Below, piece after piece: positions 35,077 through 43,952 of a stretch of DNA of 64,000 nucleotides. The position numbers were made by a program, and so were the translations under genes. This DNA comes from Nitrososphaerales archaeon (lineage in GTDB: Archaea > Thermoproteota > Nitrososphaeria > Nitrososphaerales > Gagatemarchaeaceae). A model generated the notes under the pieces. That model worked only from the letters and a program-made list of their open reading frames with translations, ran no database searches and had not been told where the DNA came from. Every line of letters starts with the position of its first letter. Positions within the stretch are counted from its first letter, which is position 1. Location: NCBI GenBank assembly GCA_030039795.1, contig JASHUU010000051.1, positions 24,028 through 88,027 of the forward strand, given 5' to 3'.

Positions 35077-36288
35077 GTGATCGTGGGAGTCGTCGGCAAA
35101 CCTAATGTCGGAAAGTCGACCTTCTTCGCGGCGGCCACTCTGAAGGACGTTCCTATAGCGGACTACCCTTTCACCACGATACAGCCCAACGTCGGGGTGG
35201 CATACCTCAGGACGAAGTGCGTCTGCAAGGAGCTCGGAGTCACGGACAAGCCCAGGAACTCCACGTGCGCGGACGGGATCCGGCTCATCCCGGTGAAACT
35301 CGTGGACGTCGCAGGACTGGTCGAAGGGGCGTCGCAGGGCCGGGGCCTCGGCAACCAGTTTCTGGACGAGGTCAGCAGGGCCGACGCGCTCATACACGTC
35401 GTCGACGCCTCCGGCTCCACAGATGCCGAGGGGAGGAAGGCTGCGATGGGGTCGCACGACCCTGCGGGAGACATCGAGATGGTGGAGCGCGAGTTCGACC
35501 TGTGGATCTACGGACTCATCATGAAAGACTGGGAGAGAGCCTCACACGTGCCGGACCAGACCGGAGGAAAGCTGGTAGAGCACCTCGCCACCAGGCTCTC
35601 CGGGCTCTCTGTGAGCCTCGAGGACGTAGAACAGGTCGTGCTCACCGTCGGGCTGAAGGCGGAGAGGCCCGCCGCCTGGAGCAGCGACCAGTTGCTGGAG
35701 CTTGCCTCAGGCATAAGGAAGTTGACGAAGCCGTCGTTGATAGCCGCGAACAAGGCGGACCTTCCGGCGGCGGAACGCTATGTCGAAGGGCTGAAGGCGA
35801 CTGGCAGGAGGGTGGTCCCGTGCGCGTCGGAGGCCGAGCTGCTTCTGAGGAGGGCCACCGAGCGCGGGATGGTCAGGTACACCCCTGGAGACTCCAAGTT
35901 CGAGGTCCTGGAGCCCGCGAGGCTGTCCCCGGCACAGTCCGGAGCGCTGGAGATGGTCGAAGAGAGGGTGATGAGAGTCTACGGAAGGACGGGCGTGCAG
36001 GAAGCCATCGACCAAGCATTCTTCGGCCTCCTGCAGGCGATCGTGGTGTACCCCGTCGAGGACGAGAACAAGTTCTCAGACAAGGCGGGTCAGGTGCTGC
36101 CGGACGCGTACGTCATGAGGGGAGGTTCGACCGCGCTGGACCTCGCGAGGACGGTCCACACGGACCTCGCGGAAGGGTTCCTCTACGGCGTCGACGCGAA
36201 GACAGGCAAGAGGCTGGCCTCCGACCACAGGCTGGCGAACGGAGACGTGGTCAGGATAGTGTCCAGCAAGGCCACCAAGAAGGCGTGA
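35077..36288 (+). CDS. YchF/OLA1-family GTP-binding protein with a C-terminal TGS domain
   Basis: Contains GVVGKPNVGKSTFF, YPFTTIQPNVG, DVAGLV and NKAD, with the tail LANGDVVRIVS. Confidence 0.85.
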   Translation: MIVGVVGKPNVGKSTFFAAATLKDVPIADYPFTTIQPNVGVAYLRTKCVCKELGVTDKPRNSTCADGIRLIPVKLVDVAGLVEGASQGRGLGNQFLDEVSRADALIHVVDASGSTDAEGRKAAMGSHDPAGDIEMVEREFDLWIYGLIMKDWERASHVPDQTGGKLVEHLATRLSGLSVSLEDVEQVVLTVGLKAERPAAWSSDQLLELASGIRKLTKPSLIAANKADLPAAERYVEGLKATGRRVVPCASEAELLLRRATERGMVRYTPGDSKFEVLEPARLSPAQSGALEMVEERVMRVYGRTGVQEAIDQAFFGLLQAIVVYPVEDENKFSDKAGQVLPDAYVMRGGSTALDLARTVHTDLAEGFLYGVDAKTGKRLASDHRLANGDVVRIVSSKATKKA

Positions 36289-36334
36289 CAGGGCCGTTGA
36301 GTATGTCAGACGCGCGCGGGCCTGAGAACGTAAG

Positions 36335-36958
36335 CTAGGCGGCCACCGGTGCGACCTGCTCGACCTTTCTGGCCTCGGGCCTCGAGATCAGCTTGCTCTT
36401 TCTGACGCCCACGTGTCTGAGGTGTGTCACCTTCTTGGCTTCGTTGTAGACGTCCGACGCCACCTTCTGGAGGACCAGCTCCTGGACGAAGCCTTCGAAG
36501 TTCATCCCCGAAGCTTTCTCCCTGATCACGGTGTCCATGATCACCCTCAGGTCGTGCTTCTTCGAGCTGTTCATCTTGCCCTGCGACAGGGCCGTGCAGT
36601 AGACTCTCACGACATAGCCGTCCTTGGTCGTGTAGTCCTTGATGAAGTCTGACATCGAAGACCCCCGCCTGATGAGGCTGCGGAGGAATTCGCGCGAGTA
36701 CTCATGGCCCTTGAACACGGTGTGAGCCGTCTGGCCCTCCACCCCGTCTATCTGGAAGAAGAGCTTGAAGGCATAGTGTTGAGGGTCCTGCTTCAGGATG
36801 TCGTAGAGGGTGGTCTCGATCACCCTCCCCACGGCCTTCTCCGCGTCGGTGACTGGGACCATGGAGATGGGGGCGTTGCCGAAGGATGGAGAGGCGGTCA
36901 CCGTCAGCCACGTCTTCAGCTTCCACTTGTCCCTTACCTTCGCGACCTTCTTCGGCAA
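36335..36958 (-). CDS. rps3ae: Ribosomal protein eS1 (S3Ae)
   Basis: Contains KVRDKWKLKTW and GRVIETTLYDI...AFKLFFQI. Confidence 0.9.
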   Translation of the reverse strand: MPKKVAKVRDKWKLKTWLTVTASPSFGNAPISMVPVTDAEKAVGRVIETTLYDILKQDPQHYAFKLFFQIDGVEGQTAHTVFKGHEYSREFLRSLIRRGSSMSDFIKDYTTKDGYVVRVYCTALSQGKMNSSKKHDLRVIMDTVIREKASGMNFEGFVQELVLQKVASDVYNEAKKVTHLRHVGVRKSKLISRPEARKVEQVAPVAA

Positions 36959-36990
36959 GAAGCCGGCCGGCTTTCGTCCGGCTTATAACC

Positions 36991-38268
36991 TCATTGACGC
37001 CTGAGCGACTTCGTCTTCCCCATGTAAGGGTGCAGGGCCTCCGGTATGTCCACGGTGCCATCCGGCTGCTGGAAGTTCTCGACCATCGCGACCAAGGTCC
37101 GCGTCACGACGGCGGTGGAGTTCAGGGTGTGAACCAGGGCGGTGGGGTCGCTGGTCCGCTCCCTGTACCGGATCTGCAGCCGCCTCGACTGGTAGTCCGT
37201 GACGTTGCTGGCCGAGGCCATCTCCCTGTATTTGCCCTGCCCCGGAAGCCAGGCCTCGAGGTCGTAGGTCTTGGCCGACATGAACCCGGTGTCGCCGGAA
37301 CACAGGGCCACCACCCTGTAGGGTATCCCGAGGGCCTGGTAGATCTTCTCGGCGTTGGCTATCAGCTCCTCGTGCAGCGCCCAGCTCTCGCCCGGCCTCG
37401 CGAACAGCACCTGCTCGACCTTGTAGAACTGGTGGCCGCGGAAGATGCCCTTGGTGTCCTTGCCGTGCGCCCCTGCCTCGACCCTGAAGCACGGGCTCAC
37501 CCCGCAGTAACGCAGCGGGAGGGACGACCCTTCGAGGATCTCGTCCTTGTGCATCGCCACCAGCGAGTGCTCCGAGGTCGCTATCAGGTGGAGGTCCTCG
37601 CCCTCGATCTTGTAGATCACGGGCCCGAAGTCCTCTAGGTTCACGACGCCCTCGTATGCCGCCTTGTTGAGCATGAATGGAGGCTCGACGGGCGTGAATC
37701 CTCGCTCTGCGAGGAAGTCGATGGCGAATCGCATTATGGCGTGCTCGAGCTTCACCGCGTCTCCCTTCAGGAAGAAGAACCGCGAGCCGGCGACCTTCGC
37801 CGCCCTTTCCATGTCGACCATCCCCAGCCCTGAGAGGACGTCGATGTGGTCCCTGGGCTGGAACCTGAGGTCGCGCCGCTCGCCCCACGTCCTTACCGTG
37901 ACGCTCTCCGTCTCGTCCTTCCCTTGGGGGACGCTATCGTGCAGGATGTTTGGAAGGCCCATCAGGGCCCTGCTGAGCCTCGAATACTGCTCGTCTGCCC
38001 GTCCTTCGACTTCCTTGATCTGGCGCGGGACGTCCTTTACCTCCGCCATCTTCCCTTCAATCGGCGAGCCCTTCTTCCTCAGCTCGGCTATCTCGACCGT
38101 GAGCTCGTTCTGCCTGTGCCTGAGCCTCTCCGCCTCTGTCTTCAGCCTTCTCCACTCCGCGTCTGCCTTCGCGGCCTCATCGACCAGCGGCGCCTTCTCT
38201 GCAGCGCCCCGCCTCTCGAGGCTCCGGATTATCGCCGCAGGGTTCTCTCTGACTACCTTTACGTCCAT
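36991..38268 (-). CDS. serS: Seryl-tRNA synthetase
   Basis: MDVKVVRENP leads into a coiled-coil arm. Class II motifs are FRVEAGAHGKDTKGIFRGHQFYKVE and GDTGFMSAKTYDLEAW. The start is at M33 of the track ORF. Confidence 0.95.
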   Translation of the reverse strand: MDVKVVRENPAAIIRSLERRGAAEKAPLVDEAAKADAEWRRLKTEAERLRHRQNELTVEIAELRKKGSPIEGKMAEVKDVPRQIKEVEGRADEQYSRLSRALMGLPNILHDSVPQGKDETESVTVRTWGERRDLRFQPRDHIDVLSGLGMVDMERAAKVAGSRFFFLKGDAVKLEHAIMRFAIDFLAERGFTPVEPPFMLNKAAYEGVVNLEDFGPVIYKIEGEDLHLIATSEHSLVAMHKDEILEGSSLPLRYCGVSPCFRVEAGAHGKDTKGIFRGHQFYKVEQVLFARPGESWALHEELIANAEKIYQALGIPYRVVALCSGDTGFMSAKTYDLEAWLPGQGKYREMASASNVTDYQSRRLQIRYRERTSDPTALVHTLNSTAVVTRTLVAMVENFQQPDGTVDIPEALHPYMGKTKSLRRQ

Positions 38269-38546
38269 CAACCGCGCGGCGCCTCCATGACTCTGGTCTC
38301 CCCTGAGCTCGATAAAAGCCGTATCTGTTCGAACAGGGCGACGTCCTGCAGGAAGGACAGGCATGCGGAGAGGACGGCGGAGGGGGCGTCGGCTTTCACC
38401 TCGAAGACCACCGACATCCCCGAGCGGGTCATCGCGAGCTTCATGCCCTCGGGCGCGTCCTCGTTGTCAGGCGTCAGGACTGAGATTAGGGCCCGGCAGA
38501 CCGACGCCGATGAACACTTGACAACGAGCCTTGCGGACGCGGTCAA
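38268..38546 (-). CDS. Possible KEOPS subunit Pcc1-like protein
   Basis: The 92-aa sequence ...SASVCRALISVLTPDNED...VVFEVKADAPSAVLSACLSFLQDV follows the Pcc1 pattern (A..PD....L.....A.D...LR...NS.LR) only loosely. Confidence 0.35.
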   Translation of the reverse strand: MTASARLVVKCSSASVCRALISVLTPDNEDAPEGMKLAMTRSGMSVVFEVKADAPSAVLSACLSFLQDVALFEQIRLLSSSGETRVMEAPRG

Positions 38547-39955
38547 GCGCCGACCCGTCCGGCTACGGCGGCGTAGAACCGGTCCGCAGCCGACGCGGGT
38601 ATCTTTGCTCCGGCCGCCATCGAGTGGCCGCCGCCCGTGCCGCCCACAGACTCGGCCGCCTCCCTCATCAGGAGGCCGAGGTTGACCTCTCCTGCGAATG
38701 CATCTCCCTCTCTCGCGGAGATCTTGATTTCGGACTCGCCGCTCGCGGCGCTCCCGACTACGACGCTGTCCTTGAAGCCAGGCGAGGAGGTCAGGATGGA
38801 TATGACAGGTCCCAGCAGCCTCTCTTCGACTATGCCTTCGCCCCTCGCGAAGACGACCTTCCCGTGCCTTTCGATCCTGTCTCCGCTGTTCGCCAGCGCG
38901 TCGAGCGCCTTGTTGAGAGCCAGCCTGTACTCACCCAAGGTCTTCAACGCGTCCTTGAGCGCGGCGCCCCTGTCTCCGAGGCATATGGCGATGCCTGTCC
39001 CTGACGCGCCCATCCTTCCGCACGAATTGAGGAGCGTCCCGAACTCCCTCGCGTCTCTGAGCGGGGTGAACGAGTCCTCCGGCTCGAGCGTGAAGACATC
39101 TCCCACTAGCGCCGAGATAGCGTCGCTCGCACCCGCCGACGCCCCCACCACGCTCGCGAGCACCTCGGTCAGCTTCATCTTCTCTTCGGGGGTGAGAGAC
39201 GAGATCGTCCGCCACGACCCTCCCTCCTTTAGTGGGAGACCGGACTGGTGGAGCAGCGCCAGGACAGAGTCTTTGCTCCCTGTCAGGCCTCTCAGGTATG
39301 GCGTCGAGGTCAGGGCAACAGACTCGTGGATGGGCCTCGTCTCCCGCCCCGTGAACAGGAGGTCCTTCGACACGGTCAGAAGGCCCGCGGCGCCCGCGTC
39401 GTCGGCAGCTGCCTTGTTGAGCCCGATCAGGGACCGCTCGTGGCCCCTGTCCTGCCTGTCGGCCAGAGCGCCTATCACGGCGAGCGGCGAAAGGTCCGTG
39501 TTCCTAGGGTCCAGCGCCAGCGCGAAAAAGTAGGCCATGGATGAAGAGCAAGCTTCGGCACCTCCGTCGTAGCCGTAGGCCCAGGCGTTCACCACGGAAG
39601 GCCTCTTCATGTCGTCTTCGGCCACCTGGTGGTGGTCGATGACCAGGTACCTCCCCCCGAGTGCAGACTCGAGCTCCGAGATCAGAGACGAGGCGAGGTC
39701 CGTGAAGATGTAGAGGTCGTACCTCTGCGATGCGAGCGAGGCTATGGTCCCCGCGTCGAGCTCCGGAACCGTCCTGACCGCGACGTTGACGCCCTTCCTC
39801 ATCAGGGAGGCGAAGACCACGGAGCCGCTGCACAGCCCGTCCGCGTCTATGTGGGTCACAACGAGCACCCTCCGCGCCGCGGCCGACTTCACGATCTCGA
39901 GGCCGAGCGTCTGGTACTTCGCGGTCAAGCCCTCAAAGTCGGCAGGCAGGGCCAA
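38543..39955 (-). CDS. Archaeal RecJ-like DHH/DHHA1 phosphoesterase (GAN/Cdc45-like)
   Basis: Contains VVTHIDADGLCSG, YLVIDHHQ and GGGHSMAAGA. Confidence 0.8.
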   Translation of the reverse strand: MALPADFEGLTAKYQTLGLEIVKSAAARRVLVVTHIDADGLCSGSVVFASLMRKGVNVAVRTVPELDAGTIASLASQRYDLYIFTDLASSLISELESALGGRYLVIDHHQVAEDDMKRPSVVNAWAYGYDGGAEACSSSMAYFFALALDPRNTDLSPLAVIGALADRQDRGHERSLIGLNKAAADDAGAAGLLTVSKDLLFTGRETRPIHESVALTSTPYLRGLTGSKDSVLALLHQSGLPLKEGGSWRTISSLTPEEKMKLTEVLASVVGASAGASDAISALVGDVFTLEPEDSFTPLRDAREFGTLLNSCGRMGASGTGIAICLGDRGAALKDALKTLGEYRLALNKALDALANSGDRIERHGKVVFARGEGIVEERLLGPVISILTSSPGFKDSVVVGSAASGESEIKISAREGDAFAGEVNLGLLMREAAESVGGTGGGHSMAAGAKIPASAADRFYAAVAGRVGA

Positions 39956-39967
39956 GCCCTCCTCAGA

Positions 39968-40417
39968 CTATGCCAGCTGAGCGACGACGGCGGTGTACTT
40001 GAAGTCCTGCGGGAGTATTCCTCTCTCCTTGTAGTACTTGGAGAGCCTGTAGATCTTCGCTTCGATCAGTTCCAAGGAGTGGACGTTCTTCCTGTCGCTC
40101 CCATGACCCTGCAGGTGCCTCTGGACGCGCTGGGCTCTGTCGATCAGGTCTTGGAGGTCTTGGGGCAGCTTGGGCGCGCTCTTCCCTTCCGCGAGCACTT
40201 CGACGAGGGACTTGCCGAGGATGGGTTTCACCAGCGGCACGCCGTGGTCGTCCCTCAACACCATGCCGATCCTGCTTGGGGATACGCCTTCCTTCGCGAG
40301 CTTCAGGGCCGCGGCCTTCACGTCCTCGGGCTTCGCCGTTATCCAGGAAGGAGGGGCCTTGCTCGTCGGCCTCGTCTGGTGGGACTTCCCGTGCCTGTGA
40401 GAGTGGATCCTAGCCAA
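39968..40417 (-). CDS. rps15: Ribosomal protein uS15 (S13e type)
   Basis: Contains MARIHSHRHGKSHQTRP...HLQGHGSDRKNVHSLELIEAKIYRLSKYY. Confidence 0.9.
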   Translation of the reverse strand: MARIHSHRHGKSHQTRPTSKAPPSWITAKPEDVKAAALKLAKEGVSPSRIGMVLRDDHGVPLVKPILGKSLVEVLAEGKSAPKLPQDLQDLIDRAQRVQRHLQGHGSDRKNVHSLELIEAKIYRLSKYYKERGILPQDFKYTAVVAQLA

Positions 40418-40479
40418 CTGCGACCAGCGTCAGGCGGCTCCGACGGGTTGGGCTGATAAACGTTCTCGGGAGGCTCGGC

Positions 40480-41118
40480 TCAGACTACGCGTGCGTACCT
40501 CCCTCTCCTCTCGATGGCTCTGAGCTGTCCGGCCACAGCCCTGGCCCTCTTCGCGCCGGCCGAAGACGCATACCCCTCTAGGAGCGACTTGAGGGCGGGC
40601 GGAGCCGCTGCGGGGTGGGCGCCTTCAATCGTCTCCTTGATCAGCCGGAGGTCGACCGCATGGTCCTCGACCCTGGCCGTGTGGGCGGCGAGCCCGAAGT
40701 CCAAGAAGGCCAGGCGACCGTCCCTTGCCATCACGTTGGCGGTGGTGAGGTCGCCGTGCATGATGCCCGCCGCGTGCAGGGTTGCGACGTCCCTCCCGAG
40801 GCTGCGGAAGAGGTGCAGGACTTCAATCGAAGGGAGCCCTTCCCCCACCAGGTCCTTCAGCCTCCTTCCTGGCATCAGTTCCATGACGAGAGTGGCCTCG
40901 CGAGGGCCCACGTAGAACAGGCGCGGGACGTCCAGGCCCGCCTCCCTCGCCGCGCGCATCATCTGGGCCTCGTGGACGGTCCTCTGGTGCCTGATGGCCT
41001 CGTCGAGGACACTGAGCCTGTACTTCAGAGGGCGCCTCACCTTGTAAACCGCGTCCAGCCCCTGCCACGAGCCTGCGACTATGTCGGCCTCGGCTCCCCG
41101 GTACAGCAGCCTCCCCAA
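40480..41118 (-). CDS. Bud32/PRPK atypical kinase (KEOPS subunit)
   Basis: Contains GRLLYRGAEADIV, VMELMPGRRLKD, HGDLTTANV and FLDFGLA. A TTG start lies 5 nt after the kae1 stop and is preceded by GGAG. The upstream part of track ORF 40480..41859 overlaps kae1 in another frame. Confidence 0.8.
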   Translation of the reverse strand: MGRLLYRGAEADIVAGSWQGLDAVYKVRRPLKYRLSVLDEAIRHQRTVHEAQMMRAAREAGLDVPRLFYVGPREATLVMELMPGRRLKDLVGEGLPSIEVLHLFRSLGRDVATLHAAGIMHGDLTTANVMARDGRLAFLDFGLAAHTARVEDHAVDLRLIKETIEGAHPAAAPPALKSLLEGYASSAGAKRARAVAGQLRAIERRGRYARVV

Positions 41119-41123
41119 GCTCC

Positions 41124-42116
41124 TCAGGCCCTCCAGGGAGTGTCCACGGTGTCGAGCCTCCAGGACTGGCGGACCGACGCCTTCTCGATGGGCACCCGTG
41201 TGCCGCCGCCTAGGGCCAGGCATCCGGTCCAGGCTATCTGAGCGCCGCAGTCGCCGCTGTACTGGATTGGGGTCAGGAGGGTGCGCGACGAGTGTCTCCT
41301 CGCCATGGCCTGCATCATACTCCCGAGCCGCCTGTTCGCGGCAACCCCTCCGACCACGAGGACCTCCTTTCTGCCTGTGAAGGCGAGCGCCCTCTCGCAT
41401 ACTTCGACCACCATGGCGAATGCGGTCTCCTGAATCGAGTAGCACACGTCTCCGAAGGCCTTGCCCGAGTCGAGCATGTCCTTGGCCGACGTCAGCAGGC
41501 CCGAGAATGACACGTCGTTCCCCTTCACCGAGTACGGGAGCCTCAGGTATGCGCTCGAGCCAGCGGCGGCCTTCTCCACATCCCTCCCGCAAGGAGACGA
41601 CAGGCCGGCATGCCTCCCGAACTGGTCGATGAGCTGGCCGAGAGTGAGGTCGAGCGTCTCCCCGAGGACCCTCCACCGCGATCCCGAGTGGGCGATCACC
41701 ATGGTGTGGCCGCCCGACACCAGCAGCACGACCGGGTCCTTGGCGCCGGTCACGAGGCAACCCAGCTCGATGTGGCCGACCGCGTGGTTCACGGGGACGA
41801 GAGGGACGCCGAGAGTGACGGCCGCCGTCCTTGCCGCGACAGCGCCTACGCGCAGGCAAGGTCCGAGGCCCGGTCCCATCGAGTAGGACACCGCGCCTAT
41901 GTCGTCATTCCTCACCCCGGCGTCGGCCAGGGCCTCTTCCAGGACTCGGGAGGCGGCCCTGAGGTGGCTCTGGGCGGCCTCGAAGGGGTGGATCCCGCTC
42001 CCCTGCGGCGGCACGTACACGTTCTTCGCGTTCGAGAGAATCTCTCCGGACGAAGAGACCACCGAGGCGGAGAAGGTGTGGGCGGTGCTCTCGATTCCGA
42101 GCACTAGCTGTTCCAT
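41124..42116 (-). CDS. kae1: tRNA N6-adenosine threonylcarbamoyltransferase Kae1
   Basis: Contains LGIESTAHTFSASVV, VNHAVGHIE, LLVSGGHT and GDCGAQIAW. It ends ...RLDTVDTPWRA, like stand-alone Kae1 proteins. Confidence 0.95.
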   Translation of the reverse strand: MEQLVLGIESTAHTFSASVVSSSGEILSNAKNVYVPPQGSGIHPFEAAQSHLRAASRVLEEALADAGVRNDDIGAVSYSMGPGLGPCLRVGAVAARTAAVTLGVPLVPVNHAVGHIELGCLVTGAKDPVVLLVSGGHTMVIAHSGSRWRVLGETLDLTLGQLIDQFGRHAGLSSPCGRDVEKAAAGSSAYLRLPYSVKGNDVSFSGLLTSAKDMLDSGKAFGDVCYSIQETAFAMVVEVCERALAFTGRKEVLVVGGVAANRRLGSMMQAMARRHSSRTLLTPIQYSGDCGAQIAWTGCLALGGGTRVPIEKASVRQSWRLDTVDTPWRA

Positions 42117-42122
42117 CGCGAA

Positions 42123-42644
42123 CTACATCTTGCGCGTCTGCCTGTACATGTTTCCGAGGAGGTCGATGTAGGGTTTCACTTCGACGAGGAAGTCGTCGAA
42201 CTTGCCCCTCTCGAACGTGCTGGCATGCTTCCCTCCCTCGACGACTATCTTCGCCGCGAGGACTATGCCGGAACTTCGCTCCGGTCTGGCCTTGAGACGG
42301 GGGAAGTGGATCAGGGCACCGTACCCTGTCTTCCTCTCTCCCTTGGTGAACACTATGTTGTAGTACATGCTGAGCGTCTTGGTGAACTGGGCGAGCTGCT
42401 TCTTCCTGCTCTCGCTTCTCTTCACATGGTCGAAGTCAGCCGCCGCGAGCGAGTCGACCATCTCCTTGACCATCTTCATCTCGCTTACGCGGTTGGTGTA
42501 CCCCGCGTACTCGATGGGCATCTGGTAGACGCTCTGCATCACCGAGTCCCAGTCGTCCAAGACGACGTAGGTGTCGGTGTCGAGGTTCATCTCCCGCTTC
42601 AGCTCGTCGGAGAGGATGTCCTCGACTGTAAGCTTCCTCGGCAT
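42123..42644 (-). CDS. Hypothetical protein (173 aa); no family recognised
   Basis: The ORF runs from MPRKLTVEDILSDELK. A TATA-like TTAACAATAAC lies about 30 nt upstream. The remainder of track ORF 42123..43082 looks non-coding. Confidence 0.5.
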   Translation of the reverse strand: MPRKLTVEDILSDELKREMNLDTDTYVVLDDWDSVMQSVYQMPIEYAGYTNRVSEMKMVKEMVDSLAAADFDHVKRSESRKKQLAQFTKTLSMYYNIVFTKGERKTGYGALIHFPRLKARPERSSGIVLAAKIVVEGGKHASTFERGKFDDFLVEVKPYIDLLGNMYRQTRKM

Positions 42645-42804
42645 CAAGTGCACACACGGAGCGCATGTAGTTATTGTTAACTGACCTGAACAGGAACGGC
42701 CTGGCTCCAAAAGGCGGGGCGCCGAGGACGGCGTCTGGGCTCCTGCCGCACGCCTGCGAGACCGAAGCTCTCTCCGTTGGCTCTCTTCGCACTTCCTAGC
42801 CACA

Positions 42805-43080
42805 TCAGACCACCGCGGGCGACCCACATCTCCACTCCACGAGAGAGAATGACGAGGAAGGAGACCCTGGTCCGACAGATGCTGTGACGCGCACGTCGCA
42901 TCCAACCAAGTCGAAGGAAACGGACGCCAAAGCGCTGCCCTTGGCGTAGCCGTCCTTTGTGGGGCGATTCCAGCTCTTACTCGACGCAGGCGCGAACATG
43001 AAGAGCACGGCCAAGACGAAGAGCCCAACGATGGTCCATCTGAGTCTCCGCGTCGCGGCGAACCTGGTGCGGCTTGGCAC
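42805..43080 (-). CDS. Possible small secreted or membrane-anchored protein
   Basis: GTG start. RRLRWTIVGLFVLAVLFMFAPASS looks like a signal peptide. There is no other support. Confidence 0.25.
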   Translation of the reverse strand: MPSRTRFAATRRLRWTIVGLFVLAVLFMFAPASSKSWNRPTKDGYAKGSALASVSFDLVGCDVRVTASVGPGSPSSSFSLVEWRCGSPAVV

Positions 43081-43212
43081 AAACAGCCTGTCAGGTTTCT
43101 GTCTCCAAGAGACCCCGACCTCCAGCGTTCATTAGGCGGCTGTTCCTGCCGAGGGCCGGGCTGTCATGTTGAAGAGGCTAGAGCCAGGTATCGACCGCGG
43201 GAGCGCCCACAG

Positions 43213-43647
43213 TTGAAGGGACCCATCCAGTCGCTGACTGTCTCCTACATCCTCCATGCCACCGAAGATGGGAGGACAGTCCTAAACGCCGTCAGAGACC
43301 TTTGCTCAGGAGACGCCGAGCCTACGGTGGAGGAGTTGGAAGGACACTTTGGCAACAGGATCTCGCACGTGTCGTTCCACCTTACGGGAGACGAGGCTGA
43401 CGAGGCGTTCAGCCGGGTCGTCCGGAGCCTCGGTGAGGACGCGAAGGCTGAGCTCATCAAAAGCATCTCGTCCCATATCGACGAGCACTCCGCCCTCTTC
43501 CTCAGGCTCGACAAGCAGAGCGTGGTCTCAGGGAAGCTCCTCCTTGGGGAGACCGACCCGGTGAGGGTGAAGGTCAAGCCGAGGGCCTTCATGCTGAAGG
43601 GAGGCGGCCCGAGGTTCTATTCGGACCTCGTCAGGAGCGCGACGTAG
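43213..43647 (+). CDS. DUF54-type predicted RNA-binding protein (archaeal 'exosome-associated' family)
   Basis: A 144-aa ORF with a TTG start. The N-terminal YILHATEDGRTVLNAV resembles the HATED.EKV signature I recall for this family. Confidence 0.45.
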   Translation: MKGPIQSLTVSYILHATEDGRTVLNAVRDLCSGDAEPTVEELEGHFGNRISHVSFHLTGDEADEAFSRVVRSLGEDAKAELIKSISSHIDEHSALFLRLDKQSVVSGKLLLGETDPVRVKVKPRAFMLKGGGPRFYSDLVRSAT

Positions 43648-43649
43648 AT

Positions 43650-43952
43650 CTGGCGAAGAGGTACCTCCTGTACCTTGCGGGCGAGGAGCTCACGGAGGCC
43701 GACATGAAGGAGTTGGAGCGTGTGGTCGGGCTGAGGCATGGAAAGGCTAAGGTGATCCCTGTCGTGGGGAACCGCAGGGCGGTAATAGTGAAGACGACCA
43801 GCGATGCTGCCGGCCCCATGCGCGAAGTTAGCGGGAGTCTGAAGCTCGGAGGGAAGCCGCTGGCCGCGGTGCTCACCTCGGGGGCCATAGGTAAGCTCAA
43901 AAAGAGAGCAAAGGCGAGCGCGGTCGCGACCAATGGTCAAGTTCATGAGTGA
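43650..43952 (+). CDS. RNase P protein component Pop5/Rpp14-like; the start codon is unresolved
   Basis: AKRYLLYLAG..., RRAVIVKTT and AVLTSGAIGKLKKRA parallel KKRYIAFKV..., GIIRCDR and TLGVSGTIKRLKRKF of archaeal Pop5. The only ATG/GTG/TTG (43704) lies downstream of the KRYL strand. A CTG at 43650 follows the upstream TAG. Confidence 0.5.
   Translation: MAKRYLLYLAGEELTEADMKELERVVGLRHGKAKVIPVVGNRRAVIVKTTSDAAGPMREVSGSLKLGGKPLAAVLTSGAIGKLKKRAKASAVATNGQVHE

Noticed and set aside
41119-41859. Possible Kae1-Bud32 fusion disrupted by a frameshift, since the Bud32 frame stays open for 250 codons into kae1
   Set aside because: Kae1 terminates at its normal conserved C-terminus. Bud32 has a TTG with a GGAG just after that stop. 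The upstream open frame translates to Arg/Gly/Pro-rich noise.
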